From NCBI GenBank assembly GCA_946628745.1, contig CAMOXA010000001.1:1-36421 (forward strand): DNA of 36,421 nucleotides, written 5' to 3'. Within the stretch, counting starts at the first letter, position 1, and each line of letters begins with the position of its first letter. This DNA comes from an uncultured Verrucomicrobiota bacterium (GTDB lineage: Bacteria; Verrucomicrobiota; Kiritimatiellia; RFP12; UBA1067). This document shows positions 26,604-36,421 of this stretch, one piece after another. Position numbers and translations under genes: made by a program. The notes under the pieces are model-generated. The model searched no databases. It was not told the origin of the DNA and was given only the letters and a program-made list of their open reading frames with translations.

Positions 26604-27254
26604 ATGGCAAGACGGGCCAAAGTGGAGGCAGAAAGGACGCGCGCGAGGATACTCGCGAGCGCGTTGTCGCTTTTCGCCAGGAACGGCTACGAGACCACAA
26701 CTTTTAACGATATCGCCGCGCGCGTGCACATGACCAAGGGCGCGGTGTACTGGCACTTCGAGTCGAAGGAAGCGCTGTTGATGGCGCTTGTGGACGAGAT
26801 GTTCGAGAAGTTTGAGCGCCAGATAGCCGACGTAATGCCGAAGAGCGAGCTTACGTTCGACACTGTCGCCTGCACGATGGTCGAGACGGCGCGGCGGCTC
26901 GTGGACGACGCGAAGGGCCGTGCGTTTTTCATGCTGATGCGCACTCAGGTCAAATGGGGCGCCGAGTCCATGACCCGGGTGAAAGAGGATCTCATAACAA
27001 ACAACAGGTTCGGACCTTGGCACGCCTTCGTCCAGGCCGTCGAGAACGACATCAAGTCCGGCCGCGCCCGCGCCGGCACCGACCCGGTGGAAATCGCCGG
27101 CATATGCGTCGCGTTGTGGGACGGGCTTGTGCAGGGCCGCATAGACGGCTTTCTCAGGACGGACATGTGCCAAACGATACGTCACGCGTTCGACGCGGTG
27201 TGGAGTTCCATATCAAACGATTTGCCGCGGCAGGCAATAAAATCAAAACAATAA
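26604..27254 (+). CDS. TetR/AcrR-family transcriptional regulator
   Basis: N-terminal HTH (RILASALSLFARNGYETTTFNDIAARVHMTKGAVYWHFESKEAL). 216 aa. It is the first gene of the RND efflux operon. Confidence 0.92.
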   Translation: MARRAKVEAERTRARILASALSLFARNGYETTTFNDIAARVHMTKGAVYWHFESKEALLMALVDEMFEKFERQIADVMPKSELTFDTVACTMVETARRLVDDAKGRAFFMLMRTQVKWGAESMTRVKEDLITNNRFGPWHAFVQAVENDIKSGRARAGTDPVEIAGICVALWDGLVQGRIDGFLRTDMCQTIRHAFDAVWSSISNDLPRQAIKSKQ

Positions 27255-27269
27255 ATCAAGGAGCGGAAA

Positions 27270-28484
27270 ATGGCAGGAGCAGCAAAAGCAGTAGGCGCGG
27301 CAGTCGCGCAGTTGGTTCTCGCGGCGGTGTGCGTCGCAGGCGGATGGATCGCCAAGGATATGTGGCCGAAGTCGGACGACGCGGCCGAGAAGGCGAAGGC
27401 CAAGGCCGCCGCGATGGCCGCAATGCGCCAGACGGTCGCCGTCACGAACGCCGAGACGCGCGTCTACAACCTGCCCGAGAGCTTCATAGCCCACGCCGAA
27501 GCCGTGCAGGAAGTTGATCTTCTCCCGCAGGTCGACGGCTACGTCAAAGAGATCAAGTTCAAGGAAGGCGATGTCGTCAAGGAAGGGCAGCTTCTCTACG
27601 TCATCGACGACGAGCGCTATCTGGCGGTCGTGAACCAGCGCAAGGCCGACCTCGAAGCGGCGGAGGCCGAGGCCCGCCGCGCCGAGCGATATTTCGACCG
27701 CATGCAGAAGGCCGACGAGCGCGGCATTACGCAGCTCGAGCGCGACAACGCCGAAGCCGCCGCGGAAAAGGCGAAGGCCTCCGTTTTGCAGGCCAAGGCG
27801 AATCTCGTGGTCGCCGAATACGACCTGAAGAAAACGACGGTCGTAGCCCCGATATCCGGGCAGATCGGCAAGTCCGCAGCCCATCTCGGCGACTATGTGG
27901 CGCCGTCGAAGGGAGCACTCGCGAAGATTGTGCAGATCGACCCCATACGCGTAAGCTTCCCGCTGACCGACCGCGCGTACATCGCGTGGCGCCAGGCGCA
28001 GCTGAAGGGGACCGACCACGCTTTCCGCATGAGACTGCTTCTGCCCGACGGCAGCGAATACGACCGGGAAGGCGAGTGGGATTTCGACGACAACCAGATG
28101 TCTCGCGAGACGGCGTCGATAATGATGCGGCTTAAATTCCCGAACGCCGAGCGCCTGCTCATACCGAACAGCTATGTGACCCTGCTCGCGGACTACAAGG
28201 AGCCGCCGAGCTATCCGTCCGTCCCGCAGCAGAGCCTTTTCGATCTGCCCGGCGGCAACCAGGGCGTGTGGGTATTGAAGGACGACATGACGGTGGAGCA
28301 GCGCCCGGTCGAGACCAAGGAAGCGTTCAACGGCTGGTCGCCTGTCGTGAAGGGCATCGAAGCCGGCGAGCGCGTCGTTATATCAGGCGTCGCGAAGCTC
28401 GGCCCCGGAGTGAAGGTCGAGGTGGTCCAGCCGACATCGAACGACGACATAAACGCCAACTACGTCTCGCCGATAGCCGATTGA
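27270..28484 (+). CDS. RND efflux periplasmic adaptor subunit (AcrA/MexA-like)
   Basis: N-terminal TM anchor, lipoyl/hairpin/beta-barrel blocks ([39 protein letters not shown]). AAGGAG lies upstream. Confidence 0.88.
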   Translation: MAGAAKAVGAAVAQLVLAAVCVAGGWIAKDMWPKSDDAAEKAKAKAAAMAAMRQTVAVTNAETRVYNLPESFIAHAEAVQEVDLLPQVDGYVKEIKFKEGDVVKEGQLLYVIDDERYLAVVNQRKADLEAAEAEARRAERYFDRMQKADERGITQLERDNAEAAAEKAKASVLQAKANLVVAEYDLKKTTVVAPISGQIGKSAAHLGDYVAPSKGALAKIVQIDPIRVSFPLTDRAYIAWRQAQLKGTDHAFRMRLLLPDGSEYDREGEWDFDDNQMSRETASIMMRLKFPNAERLLIPNSYVTLLADYKEPPSYPSVPQQSLFDLPGGNQGVWVLKDDMTVEQRPVETKEAFNGWSPVVKGIEAGERVVISGVAKLGPGVKVEVVQPTSNDDINANYVSPIAD

Positions 28485-28494
28485 GGAGAAGGCG

Positions 28495-31400
28495 ATGAAA
28501 TTGCCGATTAGAGAATCCATAGACAAAATCAAGACGTTCTCGCGGACGTTCGTCGAGAGGCCGCGCTTCGCGATGGTCATCGCGATCGTTCTTTCGATGG
28601 CGGGCTTGATGGCCATGTTCAACCTGCCGATTTCGCAGTATCCGCGCCTTACGCCGCCGTCGATTTCGGTCAGCTACACCTATCCCGGCGCGAACGCGAA
28701 GGAAGTCCTCAACACCGTCGCGATGCCGATCGAGGACGAAGTGAACGGCGTGGACGACATGCTCTACATGCAGGGCACGTGCGGCGACGACGGCAGCTAC
28801 TCGCTCAACGTTTCGTTCGAGGTGGAGTCCGACCGCGATATGGACATGGTCAAGGTCCAGAACCGCGTGTCGCAGGCCGAAGCGAAACTGCCGGCCGAAG
28901 TGAAGCAGCTCGGCGGCAGGATTCGCGCCCAATCGACCGACATGCTCGGTTTCATCGCGATACGTTCGCCGAACGGCACCCACACGCGCCTGCAGATATC
29001 CGACTACATCTACGCCAACATCCAGCCGGTTCTCCTGAGAGTTGCGGGCGTCGGCGAGGCTACGGTCTACGGGCCGAAGCTTTCCATGCGCGTGTGGCTT
29101 GATCCCGCCAGGATGGCCGCGCAGGGCATGAACACCGAAGAGGTGATGGCCGCCGTCCAGAAGCAGAACATACAGGCCTCGCTCGGTTCTGTGGGCGCGG
29201 CGCCCACCGGCGGCCACGCGGCGTTCACGATGTCGCTTCTCGCCAAGGGCCGCCTCATGACGCCCAAAGAATTCGACGAGATTGTGATACGCCGCGACGA
29301 GAACGGCGGCGTCGTGAAGCTGAAGGATATAGCGCGCACCGAAATCGGCGAGCAGAACTACATGTTCACCGGCCAGCTCGACGGCGGCAACGCCGTGTCG
29401 ATCGCCCTCCAGCAGAAGCCCGGCGCCAATGCCATCGCGACTATGGACGAGATACGCGCCGTGATGGAAAAGCTCAGCGAATCCTTCCCCGACGACATGA
29501 CGTGGACGATACCCTACGACGCCACGGACTACGTGAGGCGCTGCATCGACGAAATCAAGCTCACGCTCTTCATCACCTTCGCGCTCGTCGTGCTCGTCTG
29601 CTACCTGTTCCTGCAGGACTGGCGCGCGACGCTGATACCGTGCCTGACGATTCCGGTCTCGCTCGCGTCCACGTTCATTCTGATGGCCTTCCTGGGCTAC
29701 TCCATAAACATACTGACGCTGTTCGGTCTGGTGCTCGCCATCGGCGTCGTGGTCGACGACTGCATCGTCGTCGTCGAGCGCGTGCAGTTCCTGATAGAGA
29801 CGCGCGGGCTCAACTCGAAGGAGGCCGCGATACAGGCTATGAGCGACGTGACGAGCGCGGTCATCGCGACCACGCTGGTCCTCCTGGGCATATTCGTGCC
29901 GGTCGGCTTCATGTCTGGCATCACCGGCCGGATCTACCAGCAGTTCTCGGTGACGCTTTCGGCGGCGGTTTGCTTCTCGACGGTGTGCGCGCTCACGCTC
30001 GCGCCGGCGCTCTGCTCGCTCATACTCCACGAGGCCAGGCCCTACAGGCACGGTCCGCTCGCGTGGTTCAACTGGGCCATCAACACCTTCAAGAGTTTCT
30101 TCGTGCGCCTGGCGAAATGGCTCGCGAGCCGCATCTTCCTCGCGCTCGCGCTTCTCGTGCTGACGATTCTGCTGACGATACAGATGTTCCGCGGCACCCA
30201 GACGTCCTTCCTGCCGGAAGAAGACCAGTGCGTGATCTTCGCGTCGATGGAAATGCCCGAAGGCTCCACGCGCGACCGCACGCGCGACGTGTCGCTCAGG
30301 GCCGTGCAGGCGCTGCGCGCCGTCCCGGAGGTCGAGAGCGTTCTGACCGTCACCGGCTTTTCGATGGTCGGCGGGCGCGGCGAGAACCAGTGCCTGCTCG
30401 TGATCGACCTGAAGGACTGGGAGGAGCGCAAGGCCAAGGACCAGAGCGCGGCGAAGCTGGTCGAGCGGCTGCAGGGCGTGCTCGCCCAGATACCCGAGCC
30501 CAGCTGGAAGGTGTTCATGCCCCCGGCGATTCCGGGCCTCGGCATGGCGAACGGCGTGACGGTGCATATACAGGACAAAGGCACCGCCGACCCGGTTCGC
30601 ATGGACCGCATCAAGAACCAGGTGCTCGCGGCTCTCAACGACAAGTCGAAGCATCCCGACATCTTCGTGGCCTATTCGGGCTACAACGCGGTCACGCCCC
30701 ACCTGAGGTTCAATCTGGAGCGCGACAAGGCGGAGATGTTCAAGGTTCCGGTCGGCACGGTCTACTCGACCCTGCAGAACTATCTGGGCTCGCGGTACGT
30801 CAACGACGTCAACCTCGGCACCCAGGTCAACCGCGTCACGGTCCAGTCCGACTGGGCGGGCCGCGCCACCCCGGAGGCCATCGAGAGGCTGTACGTGCGC
30901 GGCGAAAACGGCGCGATGGTCCAGATCGGCTCGCTCGGCACGATAACACGCGAGCTCGGTCCGCGCACAGTCTACACGCGCGACAAGTACGTCATGAGCT
31001 CGATAACGATTCTCCCGATGGAAGGCGCGGCCTCCGGCAAGATCATGAGCGACATCCGCAAGGAGTTCAAGGAGCTCCTGCCCGAAGACTACGGCTACGA
31101 CTGGGCGGACCTCTCGTACCAGGAGCAGCGCAACGAGGGCAGCGCCGTGCCGCTCATCGCGCTCGCGATTCTCTTCGGCTACCTGTTCCTCGTCGCGCAG
31201 TACGAGAGCTGGACGATTCCGCTGCCCGTCATGCTCTCGATATTCGTGGCGGTGTTCGGCGCGCTGTGCGGACTGAAGTGGTTCGGCATATGGATGACGG
31301 GCAATCCGTACCCGCTGTCGATCTACGCCCAGCTCGGCCTCGTCCTGCTGGTGGGTCTGGCGTCGAAGAACGCGATTCTCATCGTCGAGTTCGCCAAGGA

Positions 31401-31725
31401 CAAGCGCGAGAACGAAGGCTACTCTATCGTGGACGCGGCCGGGGCGGCGGCGGGCGAGCGGTTGAGGGCTCTTCTCATGACGGCGCTCACGACGCTTCTC
31501 GGCACGCTGCCGATGATGATCGCCACGGGCGCCGGCGCCGCGAGCCGCAACCACCTCGGCACCACCGAGTTCTGGGGAATGTTCGCGTCGGTAGCGTTCG
31601 GCATACTGCTCGTGCCGGGGCTTTACGCGCTCTTCCAGACGTGGCGCGAGAGGATAAAGAGGCTCTTCGCATACATCGCCGCCACGTCGCAGCGCCGCCG
31701 CAGCCTCAAGGCGCGGGCGCGGTAG
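28495..31725 (+). CDS. RND multidrug efflux permease (AcrB/HAE1-like)
   Basis: 1076 aa with 12-TM RND architecture. The proton-relay block is [16 protein letters not shown], followed by a second-half repeat ([16 protein letters not shown]). Confidence 0.93.
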   Translation: MKLPIRESIDKIKTFSRTFVERPRFAMVIAIVLSMAGLMAMFNLPISQYPRLTPPSISVSYTYPGANAKEVLNTVAMPIEDEVNGVDDMLYMQGTCGDDGSYSLNVSFEVESDRDMDMVKVQNRVSQAEAKLPAEVKQLGGRIRAQSTDMLGFIAIRSPNGTHTRLQISDYIYANIQPVLLRVAGVGEATVYGPKLSMRVWLDPARMAAQGMNTEEVMAAVQKQNIQASLGSVGAAPTGGHAAFTMSLLAKGRLMTPKEFDEIVIRRDENGGVVKLKDIARTEIGEQNYMFTGQLDGGNAVSIALQQKPGANAIATMDEIRAVMEKLSESFPDDMTWTIPYDATDYVRRCIDEIKLTLFITFALVVLVCYLFLQDWRATLIPCLTIPVSLASTFILMAFLGYSINILTLFGLVLAIGVVVDDCIVVVERVQFLIETRGLNSKEAAIQAMSDVTSAVIATTLVLLGIFVPVGFMSGITGRIYQQFSVTLSAAVCFSTVCALTLAPALCSLILHEARPYRHGPLAWFNWAINTFKSFFVRLAKWLASRIFLALALLVLTILLTIQMFRGTQTSFLPEEDQCVIFASMEMPEGSTRDRTRDVSLRAVQALRAVPEVESVLTVTGFSMVGGRGENQCLLVIDLKDWEERKAKDQSAAKLVERLQGVLAQIPEPSWKVFMPPAIPGLGMANGVTVHIQDKGTADPVRMDRIKNQVLAALNDKSKHPDIFVAYSGYNAVTPHLRFNLERDKAEMFKVPVGTVYSTLQNYLGSRYVNDVNLGTQVNRVTVQSDWAGRATPEAIERLYVRGENGAMVQIGSLGTITRELGPRTVYTRDKYVMSSITILPMEGAASGKIMSDIRKEFKELLPEDYGYDWADLSYQEQRNEGSAVPLIALAILFGYLFLVAQYESWTIPLPVMLSIFVAVFGALCGLKWFGIWMTGNPYPLSIYAQLGLVLLVGLASKNAILIVEFAKDKRENEGYSIVDAAGAAAGERLRALLMTALTTLLGTLPMMIATGAGAASRNHLGTTEFWGMFASVAFGILLVPGLYALFQTWRERIKRLFAYIAATSQRRRSLKARAR

Positions 31726-31776
31726 GCGGGGAACCGGGCGCAAGAACGACGTAAGACAAGCATCAGGAGCGACAAA

Positions 31777-33294
31777 ATGAAGACAATAGCATTCGCAACC
31801 GGCGCCGCGGCAATCGCAGGCTGCTGTTGCCTGCCCGCAGTCGGGCCGGACTACGAAAAACCAGACATCGACACGCCGTCTCGCGTGCTCGACGACGCAG
31901 GCCTGCCGACGACGAACCTCACCGCCACCGGCGAGTACAAGCCGGCCGAAGGCGAAGACGACGTTCGCGCCGTCATCACCACAAACGATGTGGCGCGCTG
32001 GTGGCGCCATTTCAACGATCCTGTCCTCACTGGTCTTGTGGACGCGGCGGTTACGAACAACATGTCGTACTTGATGGCCCGCGAGCGCCTCGTCGCCAGC
32101 CGCTGGGAGCTTGTCGGCACATTCTCGGCATTCATGCCCAGGCTGGACGCGTCCGGCGGATTCGCCCGCATGGAACGCGGCGAAAACACCTCCACGATGT
32201 GGGGGACGGGCCGCACCTTGCACCGCGACATGTATTCCGGCGGCTTCGACGCCACTTGGGAAATCGACCTCTTCGGCGGCAGCCGCCGCGCGACGGAGGC
32301 GGCTTTCGCCGCGGCCATGGCCGAGGAGTGCAATCTCGACGACGCGAAGGTGTCGCTCACGGCCGAAGTCGGCCGGCAGTACATCGAACTTCGCACCACC
32401 CAGCAGCGCATCGAGGTCGCGCGCACCAACCTCGTCTTGCAGAGCGAGACGTACGACATCCTCAAGTCGCGCCTCGATTCAGGCATCGGCGACGAGCTGG
32501 CCGTCAGCCAGTCCAAGTACATAGTGGACGAAACGCGCGCCGGCATTCCCGCGCTTCTCGCACAGGAGGAGACGCTCAAGAACGCCCTCGCGATCCTGGT
32601 CGGCGAGATGCCGGGCGCCCTGCACGAGAGCCTCGCGGACTGCCCGCGCCGCGACTGGCTCGTCGAGCCGCGCCGTCTTGAGTCCGCCCCGGTCGACCTC
32701 ATACGCGGCCGCCCCGACGTACGCGCAGCCGAGCGCAGGCTCGCCGCCGAGGTCGCGCGCATAGGCGTCGCCAAGTCGCTGTGGTACCCGAAACTGTATC
32801 TCAACGGATCGCTCGGTCTGGAGTCGGTCAAGGCCGGCAAGTTCCTCGAGCGCGGCGCGCTCTACGGCTCTCTCGGCCCGTCCGTGAGCTGGCCGATCTT
32901 CCAGGGCGGCAATCTGTACGCCAACGAGCAGGCGGTGGTCGCACGCGCGAGCGAGGCGTGCTACGCCTACGAGTTCGCCATAGAGAATGCATTCCGCGAG
33001 GTCTGCGACGCATATGCCGCGTACACTCAGGAATACCACCGCTACGAAGCGCTCAAGGGCGCCGTCAAGGCCGCCCAGGACGCAGTGGCGATATCGAACG
33101 ACCTCTACAAGAACGGCCTCAGGGATTTTACCGCCGTGATCGACGCACAGCGCTCGCTGCTGCGCCTGCAGGAGTCTCTGGTGGTTTCGCGCGGACAGAT
33201 TTCGTCCAGGATCATAGCGCTTTACAAGGCGCTTGGCGGCGGACTTTCCCGCGTCGATGATGAAGATGGCGAGGCAAAAGACGCCGAGATATGA
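31777..33294 (+). CDS. RND efflux outer membrane lipoprotein (NodT/OprM family)
   Basis: Lipobox AIAGC. WW.F.DP.L-type motif (WWRHFNDPVLTGLV). Two OEP repeats. C-terminal LYKALGGG. Confidence 0.88.
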   Translation: MKTIAFATGAAAIAGCCCLPAVGPDYEKPDIDTPSRVLDDAGLPTTNLTATGEYKPAEGEDDVRAVITTNDVARWWRHFNDPVLTGLVDAAVTNNMSYLMARERLVASRWELVGTFSAFMPRLDASGGFARMERGENTSTMWGTGRTLHRDMYSGGFDATWEIDLFGGSRRATEAAFAAAMAEECNLDDAKVSLTAEVGRQYIELRTTQQRIEVARTNLVLQSETYDILKSRLDSGIGDELAVSQSKYIVDETRAGIPALLAQEETLKNALAILVGEMPGALHESLADCPRRDWLVEPRRLESAPVDLIRGRPDVRAAERRLAAEVARIGVAKSLWYPKLYLNGSLGLESVKAGKFLERGALYGSLGPSVSWPIFQGGNLYANEQAVVARASEACYAYEFAIENAFREVCDAYAAYTQEYHRYEALKGAVKAAQDAVAISNDLYKNGLRDFTAVIDAQRSLLRLQESLVVSRGQISSRIIALYKALGGGLSRVDDEDGEAKDAEI

Positions 33295-33300
33295 TATAAT
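33292..33300 (+). promoter_or_regulatory. Extended -10 promoter element (TGaTATAAT) upstream of ilvB
   Basis: TGATATAAT at 33292-33300 overlaps the OMF stop codon. The ATG at 33311 is 11 nt after the -10, so the predicted leader is about 4 nt with no Shine-Dalgarno. Confidence 0.45.
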
Positions 33301-33310
33301 ATCCGTCTCT

Positions 33311-35044
33311 ATGAACATGAACGAGAAGCGGACGGGCGCGCGCGCGCTCGTCGAGTCGCTCGCCAAGGCGGGCACAGAGGTGCTGTTCGGATATCCGGGC
33401 GGCGCCGTCCTTGACATATTCAACTGCCTCACGGACGCGAAATTCCCGTTCGTCCTCGGGCGCCACGAGCAGGGCAGCGTGCATATGGCCGACGGCTATG
33501 CGCGCTCGACCGGCAAGCCGGGCGTGTGCCTCGTGACATCCGGCCCCGGCGCGACGAACACGATAACCGGTCTCGCCACGGCGAACATCGACGGCGTGCC
33601 GCTTATTGTCATAACCGGACAAGTCTCGCTGCCGCTCATAGGCACGGATGCATTTCAGGAGGCGGACACGACCGGCATAACGCGCGCCGTGTCGAAGCAC
33701 AACTTTCTGGTGCACTCGGCCGACGAAATACCCGAGATCGTCGCGCAGGCGTTCTACATCGCGACGCACGGCAAGCCCGGCCCGGTAGTCATAGACATAC
33801 CCAAGAACTGCCAGCAGGCCCTCACGTCCGCGCAGTACCCCGAACGCGTCTCGCTCAGGGCGTACCATCCCGAAAGCGCCGCGACGACCGCCCAGCTCAA
33901 CAAGCTCGCCAGGCTCATAAACGACGCGGAGCGTCCGGTCATATACGCCGGCGGCGGAGTCATCGCGTCCGGCGCGGCGGACGATGTCGCCACGCTCGCG
34001 CGCAAGGCCGGCATTCCGGTCGCGACAACGCTCATGGGGCTGGGCAGCTTCGACGAGCACGACCCGCTCTCGCTGAGAATGGCCGGCATGCACGGGACCC
34101 CCGCCGCGAACTGGGCTATGAATGAAGCCGACTTGATACTCGCTCTGGGCGTCAGATTCTCCGACCGCGTCACCGGCAGGATTTCAAAGTACGCCCCGAA
34201 GGCGAAGATCGTCCACGTCGACTGCGACCCCGCCTCGATCGGCAAGAACGTTCCTGTCGCGCTCGGCATCGTCGCCGACGTGAAGGACGTGCTCACGACC
34301 GTAGGTTCGCGCGTGAAGCCCGCCGTCCACCCCGAGTGGATTGCGAAGATCGAGGGGTGGAAGAAGGAGCGTCCCCTCGCCTGGAAGCCCATGCACCCCG
34401 GCGTCATCATGCCGCAGGCTGTCATGGAGGCTATCGACAAGGCGTCCGGCGGCAGGGCCGTCGTCGTGACCGATGTCGGCCAGCACCAGATGTGGGCGGC
34501 TCAATACTTCCGCCATTCGATACCGCGCCACTTCCTCACGTCCGGCGGCATGGGCACGATGGGCTTCGGCATTCCCGCGGCGATCGGCGCGGCGATTGCG
34601 AGGCCAGACCACAAGACTGTCGCGGTGTGCGGCGACGGCGGCGCCCAGATGACATTCGAGGAGGTCGTGGTGGCTGTCGAACACAAGCTGCCCGTGACGT
34701 TCGTGGTCGTCAACAACGGCTGCCTCGGGATGGTCCGCCAGTGGCAGGAGCTGTTCTACGCCAAGAACTATTCCGGATCGATACTCACGGTGAAGGGCCG
34801 CCCGGCGAACGAGCTTCTGGAGCAGGATCTGGACTACGACTACCTGCCGGACTTCGTCAAGCTCGCCCAGGCGCACGGCGCCGAGGCTTACAGAGTCCTG
34901 GATCCCGCAAAGCTCGACGCGACCATCGCCAAGGCGATGCGTTCGAAGAAGACTACGCTGGTGGAGGTCATCGTCGAGCCTCGGGCCAACGTGTATCCTA
35001 TGATTCCCGCGGGCAAGCCCGTGAGCGATATGGTGTTCGACTGA
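33311..35044 (+). CDS. ilvB: Acetolactate synthase large (catalytic) subunit
   Basis: GARALVESLAKAGTEVLFGYPGG at the N-terminus. ThDP-binding motif GGMGTMGFGIPAAIGA...GDGGAQM...NNG. Start is taken at ATG 33311 (or 33317), downstream of the -10 element. Confidence 0.9.
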   Translation: MNMNEKRTGARALVESLAKAGTEVLFGYPGGAVLDIFNCLTDAKFPFVLGRHEQGSVHMADGYARSTGKPGVCLVTSGPGATNTITGLATANIDGVPLIVITGQVSLPLIGTDAFQEADTTGITRAVSKHNFLVHSADEIPEIVAQAFYIATHGKPGPVVIDIPKNCQQALTSAQYPERVSLRAYHPESAATTAQLNKLARLINDAERPVIYAGGGVIASGAADDVATLARKAGIPVATTLMGLGSFDEHDPLSLRMAGMHGTPAANWAMNEADLILALGVRFSDRVTGRISKYAPKAKIVHVDCDPASIGKNVPVALGIVADVKDVLTTVGSRVKPAVHPEWIAKIEGWKKERPLAWKPMHPGVIMPQAVMEAIDKASGGRAVVVTDVGQHQMWAAQYFRHSIPRHFLTSGGMGTMGFGIPAAIGAAIARPDHKTVAVCGDGGAQMTFEEVVVAVEHKLPVTFVVVNNGCLGMVRQWQELFYAKNYSGSILTVKGRPANELLEQDLDYDYLPDFVKLAQAHGAEAYRVLDPAKLDATIAKAMRSKKTTLVEVIVEPRANVYPMIPAGKPVSDMVFD

Positions 35045-35056
35045 GGGGGCGCGACA

Positions 35057-35305
35057 ATGAACGAAGAACAGACTCACAGACTCAACTGCTATGTCGAGAA
35101 CAAGCCAGGTGTCCTGGCCCGCATAGTGGGCCTCATTTCCGGGCGCGGATACAACATCCAGACCTTGAACGTCGGCCCGACCGAAGACGGCTCCGTCTCC
35201 CGCATGAAGATCGACGTCCTCGGCTCGGCGCGCGTCGTCGAGCAGATCATCCTTCAGCTCAGGAACCAGGTCAACGTCATCGAGGTGACGAGCCGCAAGA
35301 TGTAA
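35057..35305 (+). CDS. ilvN: Acetolactate synthase small (regulatory) subunit, ACT-domain-only short form
   Basis: 82 aa. ACT fold signature VENKPGVLARIVGLISGRGYNIQTLNVGPTED. It lies immediately downstream of ilvB with a GAGGGG Shine-Dalgarno. Confidence 0.8.
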   Translation: MNEEQTHRLNCYVENKPGVLARIVGLISGRGYNIQTLNVGPTEDGSVSRMKIDVLGSARVVEQIILQLRNQVNVIEVTSRKM

Positions 35306-36320
35306 GCCGCCTCAGCCGCAGCTGGCCGCACGCCGCGTCGGCGTCTTTGCCGCGCGAGCGCCGCAGCATCGTCTGGACGCGGTTTTTCATCAGCACGTCG
35401 AGAAACATCATCATCGTCTCTTCGCCGGGCGTCTCGAAGTCCGGACGGTGCGCGACGGGCGACAGCGGGATGAGGTTCACTTTTGCCATGGGTACCCGCC
35501 TGACCTGGCGCGCCAGCTCCTCGGCGCATTCGCGGGAATCGTTGACGCCTTTTATGACGGTGTATTCGAAAGTGATTATGCGCTTGGTCGCCTTGGTGTA
35601 GGCGGCGCACGCCTCGAGAAGCTCGTCAAGCCCCCAGCGCCGGTTCACCGGCATAAGTTCGCTCCTGAGCGCGTCGTTCGGCGCGTGAAGCGAGACGGAA
35701 AGCTCGAACTGGATGCCTTCCGCCGCCAGTTTGGCGAAGCCGGGCACGACGCCGCACGTGGAAAGCGTGATGTGGCGCGCGCCGAGGTTGGGGCCCTTGC
35801 CGGCGTTGATGAGCTTTAGCGCGCGCATGGTTTCGTCGTAGTTGGCGAAAGGCTCGCCCATTCCCATGACGACGATATTGGTTATTTCGCCCATGCGCCG
35901 CCCCGCCATGTACTCCGCCACGATCTCGTCCGCCGAGAGCGAGCGCACCACGCCCTGGGAGCCGCTCGCGCAGAACGCGCAGCCCATCGCGCAGCCGACC
36001 TGCGTCGATATGCACTGGGTGAAGCGCCCAGTCGCCGGAATCAGCACGGTCTCGACGGAATTGCCGTCTTCGAAGCCGAGCAGGAGCTTTCGCGTGCCGT
36101 CGGCCGACTGCGAGACGTCGAGCGTCTCGGTTTTTGTAAGCGGGAACTCAAGCTTGAGGGTTTCGCGGAATTCTTTCGGCAGCGTCGTCGCCTGATCCCA
36201 ATCGTCGATCCAGTCTCGGTACAGCGACTGCAGAATCTGATCGGCGCGGAAAGGTCTTAGACCGCGTTCCTTCAATATGGGCTTCCACTCGTCGGGCAGT
36301 ATGCTCCATGCTTTTCTCAT
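35277..36320 (-). CDS. rlmN: 23S rRNA/tRNA (adenine-C2)-methyltransferase, radical SAM
   Basis: RPFRADQILQSLY at the N-terminus, radical-SAM cluster GCAMGCAFCASG, MGMGEP, and a C-terminal DAACGQL. Start is placed at MRKAW (36320), directly behind a -10 element. The 3' end overlaps ilvN by 29 nt. Confidence 0.92.
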   Translation of the reverse strand: MRKAWSILPDEWKPILKERGLRPFRADQILQSLYRDWIDDWDQATTLPKEFRETLKLEFPLTKTETLDVSQSADGTRKLLLGFEDGNSVETVLIPATGRFTQCISTQVGCAMGCAFCASGSQGVVRSLSADEIVAEYMAGRRMGEITNIVVMGMGEPFANYDETMRALKLINAGKGPNLGARHITLSTCGVVPGFAKLAAEGIQFELSVSLHAPNDALRSELMPVNRRWGLDELLEACAAYTKATKRIITFEYTVIKGVNDSRECAEELARQVRRVPMAKVNLIPLSPVAHRPDFETPGEETMMMFLDVLMKNRVQTMLRRSRGKDADAACGQLRLRRLTSCGSSPR

Positions 36321-36328
36321 CGCGGCAT

Positions 36329-36357
36329 AGTATAGCATAAACACGTGCACCGTGCAA
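36329..36357 (-). promoter_or_regulatory. Sigma70-type extended -10 promoter for rlmN
   Basis: On the minus strand: -35 TTGCAC (36357-36352), 17-nt spacer, TGcTATACT (36337-36329). The sequence ATGCCGCG then precedes the ATG at 36320, giving a predicted leader of 0-2 nt. Confidence 0.55.
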
Positions 36358-36374
36358 ACGCCGCGCGGCGTTTT
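36356..36374. terminator. A-tract/GC-stem/T-tract hairpin (possible bidirectional terminator of a gene beyond the window edge)
   Basis: AAACGCC-GCGC-GGCGTTT plus one extra T. The 7-bp stem has a 4-nt loop and overlaps the rlmN -35. No gene end inside the window requires it. Confidence 0.3.
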
Positions 36375-36421
36375 GCCGCGGTTGCGAGGCCACCGAGCCG
36401 CCCGTTGGCGCGGCAGGCCGC

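Noticed and set aside
28378-32223. 1281-aa ORF on the minus strand, the longest antisense ORF in the window.
   Set aside because: It lies entirely opposite the well-supported MFP, RND and OMF genes. Its translation is Arg/His/Ala/Gly/Pro-rich, low-complexity, and has no recognisable motif. Such shadow ORFs are expected opposite genes with strong G/C third-position bias.
1-36421. I scanned for CRISPR arrays, tRNA/rRNA genes, IS elements, integrases, toxin-antitoxin pairs and long direct or inverted repeats.
   Set aside because: No regularly spaced repeats. No intergenic gap long enough for a tRNA except 1-377, which shows no T-loop or acceptor features. No transposase or integrase-like ORFs. 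The only repeated non-coding block I found is the promoter/operator pair at 7799-7828 and 26530-26559.

Overview
This is a GC-rich, very compact bacterial chromosomal segment with strong G/C preference at third codon positions. I call 29 CDS, 28 on the + strand, with no rRNA, tRNA, CRISPR array, transposase or integrase. All family names come from motif recognition by eye; no homology search was run.

Most genes are housekeeping:
- type IIA topoisomerase B subunit, folB, a Nudix hydrolase, rsmI
- ruvC, a hemolysin-III/PAQR protein, folK, fused secDF
- prfB, a DUF721/DciA-like protein, an orphan family-5 solute-binding protein, tsaB
- a GH3 glycosidase with a PA14 insert, gmd-fcl
- ilvB plus a short ilvN, and rlmN (the only minus-strand gene)

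Two tripartite efflux operons are accessory-like: tolC-macA-ATPase-permease at 7836-12555, and tetR-MFP-RND-OMF at 26604-33294. One very large single-gene helicase-nuclease lies at 3801-7802 (DUF4011, SF1 helicase, Vsr/DUF559-like nuclease, DUF3320). A Minf_1886/TIGR04138-like small protein and the fused SecDF suggest a PVC-superphylum origin (Verrucomicrobia, Lentisphaerae or Kiritimatiellae-like). That assignment is inference only.

The most interesting observations:
1. The promoters of the two efflux operons, 18.7 kb apart, share a nearly identical -35/spacer/-10 block. The block contains a 20-bp palindrome, TACMTACC-CRAA-GGTATGTA. The adjacent TetR regulator probably controls both operons.
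2. Sigma70-like promoters, often with an extended -10, recur at a distance where transcription would start at or within about 5 nt of the start codon. This implies leaderless mRNAs.
3. The helicase-nuclease resembles the single-gene Hhe defence protein but is translationally coupled to housekeeping rsmI rather than sitting in a defence island.

I see no clear multi-gene novel system.
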